This document shows positions 49,537 to 58,371 of a stretch of DNA of 64,000 nucleotides, one piece after another. The notes beneath the pieces are model-generated. The model was not told the origin of the DNA and made no database searches. It worked only from the letters and a program-made list of their open reading frames with translations. Position numbers and translations under genes: made by a program. Origin of the DNA: an uncultured delta proteobacterium (GTDB lineage Bacteria > Desulfobacterota > Binatia > DP-6); contig CAWFFN010000009.1 in assembly GCA_963815115.1 (NCBI GenBank), forward strand, positions 544,001 through 608,000. The letters run 5' to 3'. The first letter of the stretch is position 1, and each line of letters begins with the position of its first letter.

Positions 49537-51029
49537 GCCAGCTTCAGCCGGCGCAGCGCCAGCCAGCACATGCGGAGCATGACCAGGCCGTTGCGCAGGC
49601 GCTTCCCCATCTTGCTCTCGCCGGCCACCCGCTCCACGTAGTGCACGGGGATCTCGACGATCTTGAGGTTGCACTTCGCGGCGCCGAAGATCCAGTCGTA
49701 GTCCCCCCAGCGGTCGACGTCGCCGAACAGGGTCCGCGCCTCGAGGAGACGGGCGTAGTTCCTGCGCAGCACCACCTTCGTGCCGCACAGCGTGTCGGTG
49801 ATGCGCTGCTCGAGCAGGAACGTGAACGCCCAGGCGAAGAGCTTGTTGCCGAGGATGTTCGCGGTCCGCATCGCCTCGGCGCCCAGCGGATAGACCAGCC
49901 GCGTGCCCATCACCAGCTCGCCCTTGTTCGCCGTGATGGCCTCGAAGAAGGCGGGCAGATCCTCCGGCATCACGGTCATGTCCGCGTCGAGGATCATCAG
50001 GACGTCGCCGCTCGCCGCCGCCAGCCCGGCACGCACCGCCGCGCCCTTGCCACGACCCGGCCCCTCGACGAGCTTGATGCGGCGATCCGGGTGAGCGGCG
50101 ATCGCCTCCCGCACGCGCGCGGCGGTGTCGTCGTCGCTGCGGTCGTCCACGAAGACGATCTCCGTGAAGGCACCCATCTCCGGGACGCGGCCCGGGATGG
50201 CGGGGACGTTGGCTTCCTCGTTCTTGCACGGCACGACCACCGTCGCCGAGTAGTCCGCCGGCGGACGCGAGAGCGGCCTGCTCGGACGCGCCACGACGAA
50301 GCGCACGAAGCCGAGCTGCTGGATCAGCGGCAGGCGGCCGAGGACGTCGTTCATCAGCTCGGCCACGCCCGGCACGTACTTCGGACACGGCATCCGCATG
50401 CCGCTCTTCACCACCTCGAAGCCTCCGAGGTGCAGCAGGCCGCGCAGGTCGCCCGGTGAGAGCCAGTTCTGCGTCGGGTTGTCCAGCTTGAGGCCGAGCC
50501 GGGCGGCGGGCCCGACCAGCGGCTCCCAGAGATGGTTGTAGTAGACGATCACCAGCCGCGAGTCGGCGTGTACCAGCGGACGCAGGCGCTTCAAGGCGAC
50601 GAGCACGTCGGCGAGCTCGCCGACGACGTTCACCATGAGGACGAAGTCGAAGCCGCCGGCCTCGCCGCGCACCTCGTGCTCCGGCAGGTGCAGCTCCTCC
50701 GCCGCCTGGCGGTGGAGGGCGAGGCCCGGGTGCTTGCCGCGCGCCAGGTCGATCATGCCCTGGCTCAGGTCGACGCCGACCCCGGGCGACGGCGACAGAG
50801 CCGCGAGCTGGTCCGCGTTGCCGCAGCCGACGTCGAGGACGCGCCGTCCGGGGGGAACGATGAAGCGCAGCAGGTCCGTGAGGGCGGCGTAGTAGTAGCT
50901 GCTACGCGCGATCCACTGCTCGCGGCCGGGCCCCAGGTCGTCGTAGAACCTGCGGACGCGATCCAGGGTGCCCTGGATGAGGTCGTGATGGGCCCCTTCG
51001 GCGGTCTCGATCGCGGTCTCCACCGCCAT
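49533..51029 (-). CDS. Methyltransferase-like domain fused to a GT2 (polyprenol-phosphate glycosyltransferase-like) domain
   Basis: VLDVGCGNAD N-domain; VVVPCKNEE, FVDD.S.D.T, GKGAAV, ILDAD, DTLCGTK, EIPVHY..R..GESK. Confidence 0.9.
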   Translation of the reverse strand: MAVETAIETAEGAHHDLIQGTLDRVRRFYDDLGPGREQWIARSSYYYAALTDLLRFIVPPGRRVLDVGCGNADQLAALSPSPGVGVDLSQGMIDLARGKHPGLALHRQAAEELHLPEHEVRGEAGGFDFVLMVNVVGELADVLVALKRLRPLVHADSRLVIVYYNHLWEPLVGPAARLGLKLDNPTQNWLSPGDLRGLLHLGGFEVVKSGMRMPCPKYVPGVAELMNDVLGRLPLIQQLGFVRFVVARPSRPLSRPPADYSATVVVPCKNEEANVPAIPGRVPEMGAFTEIVFVDDRSDDDTAARVREAIAAHPDRRIKLVEGPGRGKGAAVRAGLAAASGDVLMILDADMTVMPEDLPAFFEAITANKGELVMGTRLVYPLGAEAMRTANILGNKLFAWAFTFLLEQRITDTLCGTKVVLRRNYARLLEARTLFGDVDRWGDYDWIFGAAKCNLKIVEIPVHYVERVAGESKMGKRLRNGLVMLRMCWLALRRLKLA

Positions 51030-51090
51030 TCGTGACGGAGTCGTAGCACAACCGCCGATCGATCGCAGAGAGCACGCAGAGAGCGCGGCC

Positions 51091-51120
51091 TTGACGGTCG
51101 GAACGCGGGTTCGCTATCGC
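51091..51120 (+). promoter_or_regulatory. Putative sigma70 promoter TTGACG-N18-TATCGC for paralog 3
   Basis: ATG 6 nt after the -10 (51127); 11-bp tandem repeat CGCAGAGAGC(A/G) at 51064-51085 just upstream. Confidence 0.45.
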
Positions 51121-51126
51121 CGCAGG

Positions 51127-52767
51127 ATGCTCGAGCGCGCGGAGCGCCGGAGGCGCGCGGCGGCCTATGGCATCGTCTTCGTCGTGGCGCTCGCGCACCG
51201 GGTGGCGCTCTTCCTCCTGCATCGAGCCGATCTCGACGCCTACATCGACGCGAACGAGAGCTGGTACACGTTCCAGCACCTGCCGCAGGAGCTGCTGCGC
51301 GACCACCTCTTCCGGTCGCTGCTCCTCCTCCAGCAGACGCCGCCCGCGTCGAACCTCTTGGTCGGTCTCGCGCTCAAGGGGTTCTCGTGGCCGGTCGGCG
51401 TCGCCTACGCGCTCATCTGGATGCAGACGACCGTCTCCATCCTGACGGCGCTCGTGCTCGTCCACCTGCTCGCCACGCTGTACCAGGGGCGCGTCGTCCT
51501 GTGGATCGCGATCGGCGTGATGTTCGCGCTGAACAACGACCTGGTCGTGCTCGAGTACACCAGCATGGGCCAGCTCATCTACGGGCCGCTCGCCATGCTC
51601 TTCGCGCTCGTGGTGGTCGACCGCCTGGCGGCCTTGTGGCGCAGCGGACGGCCGCGCGAGGCTGCCGCCGCCGGCATCGCCACCGGTCTGCTCGCGCTGT
51701 CGCGTGCCACCTGGGGCTACTTCGCGCTGCCCTGCCTCGCGCTCGTCGCGGCCCTCGCCGGTCCGCGGCGGCTGCGCGTGGTCGTCGCCTGTCTCATCCC
51801 GATCGTCGTCCTGCAGGGAGGCTGGGCGCTCAAGAACTGGGCGCTCTACGGCGTGCTCTCACCCTCGACCTCGGCGTGGGGCGGCTTTCACGCCGTCACC
51901 GGGCTGAACTTCGCCGGCTTCCGGGGCGACTACCTGCGCTTCTTCGAGGACCAGGCGACGGCCGAGAACGGCGCCCCGGAGTGGGCGATCCAGCTCGCGC
52001 ACGGCGATCCCCGGGGACTCGAACGCCTGAAGGAGGAGACCAGCGAGCGCGACCGGTGGGTGGAACGCACGATCGGCCTGACGAACCCGATGCTCAACAC
52101 GCTCTACTTCCGGAAGTTCTGCGCCGAGGGGGAGCGCGTGTGGTTCAAGTTCGCCTGGCACAATCCCCGCACCATGCTCGCCAAGTGGTGGACCGCCTAC
52201 CACTACTTCTGGCAGCCGATCGCGAACTACGGGCACCTGCTGGTGGCGCTCTTCTCGGGCGAGAACCGCATCCAGGACGGACTCGATCTACCCGGCATCG
52301 TCCGCCAGCTGCGCGCCGGGACGCTGCCCGAGCGCTACTTCGTGGTGAGTGGCTCGAACTTCCTGATGAAGGAGCAGAAGGCGCCCCCGAACACGACGCC
52401 GACCAGGCTCTACACCCTGGGCTTTCTCGAGCCCGTGGTGCTGATGCTGAACGTGGTCGGCGTCCATCTCCTCCTGCCGCTGGTGCTCGTGGCGTGGGTG
52501 GTGCTCTGGATGCTCGGGCGGGCGGTGTTCGATCCGCTGCGCATGGCGGTCCTGGTGACCGCGGCGACCGTCTACGCGTACCTCGCCGGGGTCGCGAACT
52601 TCGTCGAGACGGCGGAGAACATGCGCTACCGTCTCGAGGTGGAACCGGTGATCTGGGTGATCACGCTGATCTGCCTGAGCGAGCTCGGCCGTCTGATCGG
52701 CGCCGGGCTCCGCCGTCAATCGTACATCCCGTCGACGAACCACGAGCCGGTCGCGAACTCGCGATAG
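51127..52767 (+). CDS. Polytopic membrane protein, GT-C-like, paralog 3
   Basis: Same conserved blocks as paralogs 1 and 2; start re-called at ATG 51127. Confidence 0.7.
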   Translation: MLERAERRRRAAAYGIVFVVALAHRVALFLLHRADLDAYIDANESWYTFQHLPQELLRDHLFRSLLLLQQTPPASNLLVGLALKGFSWPVGVAYALIWMQTTVSILTALVLVHLLATLYQGRVVLWIAIGVMFALNNDLVVLEYTSMGQLIYGPLAMLFALVVVDRLAALWRSGRPREAAAAGIATGLLALSRATWGYFALPCLALVAALAGPRRLRVVVACLIPIVVLQGGWALKNWALYGVLSPSTSAWGGFHAVTGLNFAGFRGDYLRFFEDQATAENGAPEWAIQLAHGDPRGLERLKEETSERDRWVERTIGLTNPMLNTLYFRKFCAEGERVWFKFAWHNPRTMLAKWWTAYHYFWQPIANYGHLLVALFSGENRIQDGLDLPGIVRQLRAGTLPERYFVVSGSNFLMKEQKAPPNTTPTRLYTLGFLEPVVLMLNVVGVHLLLPLVLVAWVVLWMLGRAVFDPLRMAVLVTAATVYAYLAGVANFVETAENMRYRLEVEPVIWVITLICLSELGRLIGAGLRRQSYIPSTNHEPVANSR

Positions 52768-54200
52768 CAGCGGTAGAGCCCGCCATCGGTGAGCTCCAGA
52801 TCGTAGTAGTCGCGCCCGCACGGCCGCTCGCTCCACCATTCCGCCGCGATCCGCCACGGGCCGGCGACGGCGACCACGCGTCCGCCGAGCCCGTTCCCGC
52901 GCACGAAGCAGGGGACGTCGCGCTCCGAGAAGACCTCGAGCGGGCGTGGTGGGCGGAGCACGCGCACGACCAGGCGGCAGGGTGGGGGCGGTGATGCGGG
53001 CTCGAGAAGCGCCGTGGCCGGGGGCAGGAAGGCGCCGACGTCGGCAGCGCCCGGACGGTGGGTGTCGACGACCACGGGCGCGCCGATGCGGCCCGGTCCG
53101 CAGAGCGCACCCAGGCGGGCGAGGGTGGCGGCGAGCCGTTCGGGTGCGGGGCCAGGCGGCACGAAGAGCCCGAGCTGCGCGGCGCGGACGCGCTCGGGCA
53201 CGGCGGTGACCGCCACGGTCACGACGGCGGCACGCGGCGTCCGGCTCTCCAGCGCGACGCGCAGGCAGCCGAGGAGCGTCTTCGGGTCGCGCGTCGGAGC
53301 GGCGAGGTCGAGCGCGCGCACGTCGCGGCCGCGGTCGTCGAGCCCGAGGACCAGACCGATACGGGCGCAGCCGATGCCGTCGAGTCCGAGCCGCGCGATG
53401 GCACGCTCGACGAGCCCGCGCAGCACGAACAGCAACGGCTCCAGCGTGTCGAGGGCGTACTCGAGGGTCGCCGCCTCTTCCACCTCGGCGGGCGGTGGGG
53501 TCGAGGCGAGGGGGCGCGCGTCCTCGCCGCGTGCCGCGCGGGCGAGCGCGACGCCGTCGGGTCCGAGGCGGACCGCGACATCGGCGACGGGCAGGCGTGC
53601 GAGATCGCCGAGCCGATGCACGCCCCAGCGTGCGAGCGTGCCGGCGATGTCCGGCGGAGGTGCCAGGCAGGCGATCGGCAGCGGAGCGAGGAATCCCAGC
53701 TCGGTGCCGGCCGCCACCACCTCGCAGCCGTCTCCGTGCAGGGCGGCGAGCCGGGCGACGGTCATGCTCGGGCCGACGCCCACCCGCGCCTCGAGCCCGA
53801 CGCGTGCGGCACGCGCCACCAGCGCGCTCGCGAGCCCGCGCTCGCTGACGGTGAGGTGTACGGCACCCGTGGCATCGAGATAGACACTCCCGTCGTCGGA
53901 GCACTCGAGCCGGCTGGCGAGCGCCGCGGCGACGTCGGCGAGCGCACGACTCGCGGATGCCTCCGCGGCCAGGTCGCGCCGGCGCATCACGAGGTCGGCG
54001 TCGATGGCCCGCGCCTGGGCGGCGCTGTGCACTCCGGGTCGCACGCCGCGAGCACGCGCGGCGGCCGACGCCGCGGCGACGCGCGCGTGCGCGCCGTCAC
54101 CCTCGGTGAGGACGAGGGGCCGACCCACCAGCGCCGGGTCGGCGCGGCACGACGCGGCGACGGGCAGATCGGGAACGAGCAGGCAGGCGATGCGCGGCAT
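52716..54200 (-). CDS. imuB: ImuB, catalytically inactive Y-family polymerase
   Basis: MPRIACLLVPDL, AARARGVRPG...AQA, degenerate catalytic region, clamp motif QLGLF, C-terminal GPWR...WW...RDYYD...W.VDG.YD. Confidence 0.88.
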   Translation of the reverse strand: MPRIACLLVPDLPVAASCRADPALVGRPLVLTEGDGAHARVAAASAAARARGVRPGVHSAAQARAIDADLVMRRRDLAAEASASRALADVAAALASRLECSDDGSVYLDATGAVHLTVSERGLASALVARAARVGLEARVGVGPSMTVARLAALHGDGCEVVAAGTELGFLAPLPIACLAPPPDIAGTLARWGVHRLGDLARLPVADVAVRLGPDGVALARAARGEDARPLASTPPPAEVEEAATLEYALDTLEPLLFVLRGLVERAIARLGLDGIGCARIGLVLGLDDRGRDVRALDLAAPTRDPKTLLGCLRVALESRTPRAAVVTVAVTAVPERVRAAQLGLFVPPGPAPERLAATLARLGALCGPGRIGAPVVVDTHRPGAADVGAFLPPATALLEPASPPPPCRLVVRVLRPPRPLEVFSERDVPCFVRGNGLGGRVVAVAGPWRIAAEWWSERPCGRDYYDLELTDGGLYRCYREFATGSWFVDGMYD

Positions 54201-54203
54201 CAG

Positions 54204-54379
54204 GAGAGCGACCCGAGACTTCGTCTCGGGTCGAAGACGAAGGCGAGCATGTGACGTTCGGTGATCAGATGAACGCCGTGCCGCGGCCGGCAAAGCCGGC
54301 GCGGCATGGGTTCGCACTGTTCATCGAGTCTCATTCTCGCTCTCCGTCCCGACCCGAGACGAAGTCCCGGGTCGCACTC
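54204..54379. mobile_element. Nested-hairpin MITE/BIME-like element, copy 2 (176 bp)
   Basis: AGGAGAGCGACCCGAGACTTCGTCTCGGGTCGAAG identical to copy 1; shared GAACGCCGTGCCG.GGCCGGC.AAGCCGGCGCGGCA and CGCACTGTTCATCGAGT; inverted terminal hairpin at 54350-54374. Confidence 0.75.
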
Positions 54380-55038
54380 ACCGCCAGGGCACGACCCACG
54401 CCGCCGCTGCGGCTGCGTGTGACCGCGAGGCGGGAGGTGATGCCGTCCAGCAGGACGAGTCGTCCGGGCCCGCGGCTCCAGTGAACCCGTCGCCCGAGGA
54501 TCTCGAGCCCGAGCGCCACGGAAGGCCCTGCCTGGGGAGTCGAGGTGAGGACGAGCAGCGTCGATCCCGTGCGTTCCGCGGCGCGCGCGAGTCGTATCCA
54601 CGAGACGGCGCGTCCGGGCGGCGCGACGGGGGCGTCCTGATCGAGCACGACCAGTCCGAAGCCGCCCGCGCCGAGAAGGATCTCGGTGGCGCGCAGCGTG
54701 TCGCCGGGGTTGCGTGGCCGCACCCACAGCGTTCGCGCGAGCGCCACCCCCGCGGCGTCCGCAGCGGAGGGGTCGAGGACGTCCTGGGGATCGACCCAGG
54801 CGATGGTCTCCGCCGCCTTCGTGGCGCTGGCGGCGATCCGGCAGGCGAGTGCCGTACGGCCGGCACTGCGGGCGCCGGCGAGCTCCGTCACGCGTCCGCG
54901 CGGGAGGCCACCAGCGAGCGCCCCGTCGAGCGCGGCAAGCCCGGTGGGGAGCCGTGGCGGAGCGGGAGCGGACGTTCCGAGGCGGACGGAGCCGGGTCGC
55001 CCCAGTCGATCCAGCAGGGCGGCAGCAGCTTCGGGCAC
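54331..55038 (-). CDS. imuA: ImuA, RecA-like accessory protein
   Basis: LPTGLAALDGALAGGLPRGRVTELAGARSAGRT (degenerate Walker A), AWVD...DP..A..AGV.L.R.LWVRP, GGFGLVVLD; upstream of imuB; start re-called at GTG 55038. Confidence 0.85.
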   Translation of the reverse strand: MPEAAAALLDRLGRPGSVRLGTSAPAPPRLPTGLAALDGALAGGLPRGRVTELAGARSAGRTALACRIAASATKAAETIAWVDPQDVLDPSAADAAGVALARTLWVRPRNPGDTLRATEILLGAGGFGLVVLDQDAPVAPPGRAVSWIRLARAAERTGSTLLVLTSTPQAGPSVALGLEILGRRVHWSRGPGRLVLLDGITSRLAVTRSRSGGVGRALAVSATRDFVSGRDGERE

Positions 55039-55045
55039 GGGACAT

Positions 55046-55074
55046 GTTTCGTCTTTTCTTCGCCCTCGTGTCAA
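55046..55074 (-). promoter_or_regulatory. Shared damage-response-type element upstream of imuA
   Basis: Minus strand TTGACA-N17-CGAAAC; plus strand TTCG-N7-TTCG at 55048-55062. Confidence 0.6.
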
Positions 55075-55151
55075 TGAGGAAATTCTGCCGAACCCGCACC
55101 GCGATCGGCGGAACCCGCACCTGGCCACGATCGGTCGAAGTGAGGGTGGGG

Positions 55152-55181
55152 GGCGCCCCGTCGATTACTCGACGGGGCGCC
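55152..55181. terminator. 13-bp perfect GC hairpin, possible terminator insulating imuA
   Basis: GGCGCCCCGTCGA-TTAC-TCGACGGGGCGCC; no U-tract. Confidence 0.45.
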
Positions 55182-55350
55182 TCGGAGGGGCAGAGTCCAC
55201 CGCTGCTAGGAGCGGTGGAGGCGGGATGGGGTGGGGGGGCGAACCGCTCGGCCGCCGAACGGCTCCGAGCGATGAGAAAGACATTCCTGCAAACCGTCCT
55301 GACCGTCCGTACGACGACCATCCGGACGAAGCGCGGTAGATGTCGGGCAC

Positions 55351-55434
55351 TTATCTGCTGCCAGTCGCATGCGCCGCAAAGGCGATGACGCCGAGTGCGA
55401 TGATGATGTGGAGCAGGACGTGATCCACTGCCAT
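55351..55434 (-). CDS. Candidate 27-aa single-TM small protein
   Basis: MAVDHVLLHIIIALGVIAFAAHATGSR; GGAGGG SD 9 nt upstream; sigma54-like site upstream. Confidence 0.5.
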   Translation of the reverse strand: MAVDHVLLHIIIALGVIAFAAHATGSR

Positions 55435-55478
55435 GTTGTCGTGCCCTCCGATCTCAGGGTCGAAACCCCGCTCTCGAT

Positions 55479-55494
55479 AGCAGCCACCATGCCA
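55479..55494 (-). promoter_or_regulatory. Sigma54-like promoter for the small ORF
   Basis: Minus strand TGGCATGGTGGCTGCT = GG-N10-GC. Confidence 0.5.
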
Positions 55495-55771
55495 CTCGGC
55501 TCTGCCCATCCAGACGCGCGGTTCGTTGGCCTCGTGTCGCATACGCCTGACAGGTGCCAAACGGTTTCCGAGGCACCTGCGGTTCCCCCCTCCCCCCGGC
55601 TTCGGCTACACTCGCCGATGGCGGCGCCCCGGGGTCTGGCGCCGCGCGAGGAAGGTGGCTCGTCACGCTTGAGGCGCTACAGATCGTCCCGTGGTTTGCC
55701 GTCTCTCCGGCCGGACGCCGCATCGCGCGCGCTTCGGTGCCGGGGGTCCAGCCGGGACCGTGTCTGGCTTC

Positions 55772-58336
55772 ATGAGAGCGAGACGGACTGCGGCCGTGCT
55801 CATCGCGCTCGGCGTGCTGGGGTGGGGCGCGCTCGCCCGTGCTGGGACCGGGCATGACGCTCGAAGCTGCTACCGATTCTCGGATTCGGTCCCTCCACTC
55901 GCTCCTGATGCCCCGGCATTCGCCTTCATCGACCTGGCGCAGAGCGGCGGGACGGCTCTCGCGCTCGACGACGAGGAGGAGCACCTTCAGGCGCTCCCGC
56001 TCGGGTTCACGTTCCAGTTCTACGGACGGCCCTACACCGCCGCGTCCGTGTCCCCGAACGGCTTCGTGACCTTCCTCTCCGATGCCGACAGCGGCTGCTG
56101 CGGGCAGCGCCTGCCCGACGGCACGGCGCCGAACGGCCTCGTCGCCGGGCTCTGGAAGGACCTCGACCCGAGCCTGTCGGCGCCCCCGGGCGGGGTCTAC
56201 TACCAGACGCGCGGAACGGCACCGAACCGGCAGTTCGTGGTCGACTTCAAGGATGTTCCCGAGCACCTCGATCCCTCGGTCTCGAACACGTTCGAGATCA
56301 TCCTGTTCGAGACCAGCAACGAGATCGTGGTCCAGTACGCGGACGGGAGGAGCCCCAACAAGCCAGCGACCGCCGGTCTCGAGGACGAAGTCGGCATGGG
56401 TGGCCTGACGTGGCGATTCGGTACCTTCTCGGTCGCCAACGCGGCGGTACGCTACATGCCGCTGGCGCTGGACACGGACGGAGACGGCGTCCTCGACTGC
56501 GTCGACAACTGCCGGCGCGTGCCCAATGCCGACCAGCGTGACGGCGACGGCGACGGCACCGGCGACGCGTGCGACGTGGACGGTCCGCCGTTCCCGGTCA
56601 GCGTCGACCCGGTGGATGCGACCGCGGCGCCGTCGGCCGGAAGCGATGCGGTCGGCGGTGCGGTGGTGGTGTGGGACGGCGCTTCGGCCCTCGACGATCA
56701 CGGGATCGTGGCTCGGCGCTACGATCGCCAGGCGGCCGCCGTCGGTCCACCGTTCCAGGTGAACACGACCGTGCCCGGCACGCAGCGCGCGCCTCGGGTC
56801 GCCTCCAGGCCGGCCGGAGGGTTCACCGTGGCCTGGAGCAGCCTCGAGCCAGGTCCCACGGTTCGCCTGCGCGGCTTCGACGTCACCGCGGCGGAGGGTA
56901 ACGACGTCGTGATCTCCTCGCCCCCGGCCGAGGCTCCGGCACTCGCGCCAGCTCCCGACGGCTCCGTGGTGGTCGTGTGGGACGCGGAAGACGTGATCTC
57001 CGGTCGCCGCTTCGCCAGCGCGGGAAACCCGCTGAGCGACCTCTTCTTCGCCAGCCAGGCGACCAAGAACGAGCTGCCCGACGTGGCTCTGGGGCCCGAC
57101 GGCGAGGGCTTCGTGGCCTGGCGAGGTGTGCGAGGGGGGACGCTTCCGACCAGCTACGTCCTCGCGCGCTGGGTCGCCGGCGTCCCGATCGACTCGATCG
57201 ACTCGGAGCTGGACGTGGACCCCGTCGTGTTCGACGTGCAGCGCGGCCCGCGGGTGGCCGCGACCGGCGGCAGCGGATTCGTCGTGACCTGGGCCGGGTA
57301 CGACGAGGTCGACGACCAGTCGGTGTCGCGCATCTTCGGCGCCCTGTACCAGGGGGTGACCAGCCGGGGGTTCCAGCTCGACACCCCGCTGGCCAGCCAG
57401 GTGCTCGATCCGGCGGTGGCCGCCGACACGGATGGCAACTTCGTGCTGGTCTGGGAGCAGGACGGTCACATCCGTGGTCAGCGGTTCTGGAGCGATGGGC
57501 GCCTTCAGGGTCCCTCGTTTCCGGTGAGCGACACCGCGGCGGCGGGCGTCGAGGATGCTGCGCCGGCGGTGAGCGTCGCCGGGACCGGCGACGTGGTGGT
57601 CGCGTGGCGGCAGTCCCGGGCGGCCGGCGGCAGCGCGGTGCTCGCGCGGCAGGTCCGGTGGTGTGGCAACGGCAACCTCGATCCGGGCGAGGAGTGCGAC
57701 GATGGCAACGGCAACGGTGGGGACTGCTGCTCGGCGGGTTGCCGCCTCGAGCCCGACGGTCAGCCGTGCAGCGGTGGGAACGCCTGCACGACGTCGCAGA
57801 CCTGCTCTGGCGGCGTCTGTGGTGGCGGAGCGGCCGTGACCTGCGACGACGGGGATCCGTGCACGGCCGATGCCTGTGATCCAGCCGCTGGCTGTGTCTT
57901 TGCTGCCGCGGGTGCCGACGGGGTGGCGTGCGACGACGGGGATGCCTGCACGGAGAGCGATGCCTGCGGCGCCGGAGCATGCAGCGGCAAGCGGGTGTGC
58001 GGTGTCGATCCCGCCTCGGAGGCCCGGGTCAATCGCCAGGGTCGGGTCCGGGTCAAGTGTCTGGGCGCCAAGGGAGCCACGTGCGCCGTCAATCTCCTCT
58101 GGGGCTCCGGCGAGATCAGCCACCCCCGGCCCGCCCGCAAGATCAAGCGCGCCGGTTTCGCGATGCTATGGCTGAAGCTCACCCGCGACGGCCGGACGGG
58201 GCTCCGTGCCGCCCCCGGGCGCCGCCTCGGGGTGCTGGCCCAGGCGACGGTGATCCAGCCCGGTGAGCGGGCCCGGGTCTCGACGGTGCCGCTGACGCTT
58301 CATCGTGGCTCGCCGTCCTCCACCGGTGGCAGGTAA
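55772..58336 (+). CDS. Secreted modular protein: nidogen-like N-domain, TSP3 repeat, VVVW beta-repeats, [14 protein letters not shown] repeat, CDDG..CT.D.C repeats, basic C-terminal domain
   Basis: Signal peptide; [12 protein letters not shown]....VS.NGF; [14 protein letters not shown]; FQVNT; start re-called at ATG 55772. Confidence 0.82.
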   Translation: MRARRTAAVLIALGVLGWGALARAGTGHDARSCYRFSDSVPPLAPDAPAFAFIDLAQSGGTALALDDEEEHLQALPLGFTFQFYGRPYTAASVSPNGFVTFLSDADSGCCGQRLPDGTAPNGLVAGLWKDLDPSLSAPPGGVYYQTRGTAPNRQFVVDFKDVPEHLDPSVSNTFEIILFETSNEIVVQYADGRSPNKPATAGLEDEVGMGGLTWRFGTFSVANAAVRYMPLALDTDGDGVLDCVDNCRRVPNADQRDGDGDGTGDACDVDGPPFPVSVDPVDATAAPSAGSDAVGGAVVVWDGASALDDHGIVARRYDRQAAAVGPPFQVNTTVPGTQRAPRVASRPAGGFTVAWSSLEPGPTVRLRGFDVTAAEGNDVVISSPPAEAPALAPAPDGSVVVVWDAEDVISGRRFASAGNPLSDLFFASQATKNELPDVALGPDGEGFVAWRGVRGGTLPTSYVLARWVAGVPIDSIDSELDVDPVVFDVQRGPRVAATGGSGFVVTWAGYDEVDDQSVSRIFGALYQGVTSRGFQLDTPLASQVLDPAVAADTDGNFVLVWEQDGHIRGQRFWSDGRLQGPSFPVSDTAAAGVEDAAPAVSVAGTGDVVVAWRQSRAAGGSAVLARQVRWCGNGNLDPGEECDDGNGNGGDCCSAGCRLEPDGQPCSGGNACTTSQTCSGGVCGGGAAVTCDDGDPCTADACDPAAGCVFAAAGADGVACDDGDACTESDACGAGACSGKRVCGVDPASEARVNRQGRVRVKCLGAKGATCAVNLLWGSGEISHPRPARKIKRAGFAMLWLKLTRDGRTGLRAAPGRRLGVLAQATVIQPGERARVSTVPLTLHRGSPSSTGGR

Positions 58337-58371
58337 GATACCCTGCACGACGTGAGTTCCACGCTGAACGA

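Noticed and set aside
54331-55038. RecA/RadA call for this ORF
   Set aside because: Walker A Lys is replaced (SAGRT), the protein is short, and it precedes imuB, so it is ImuA.
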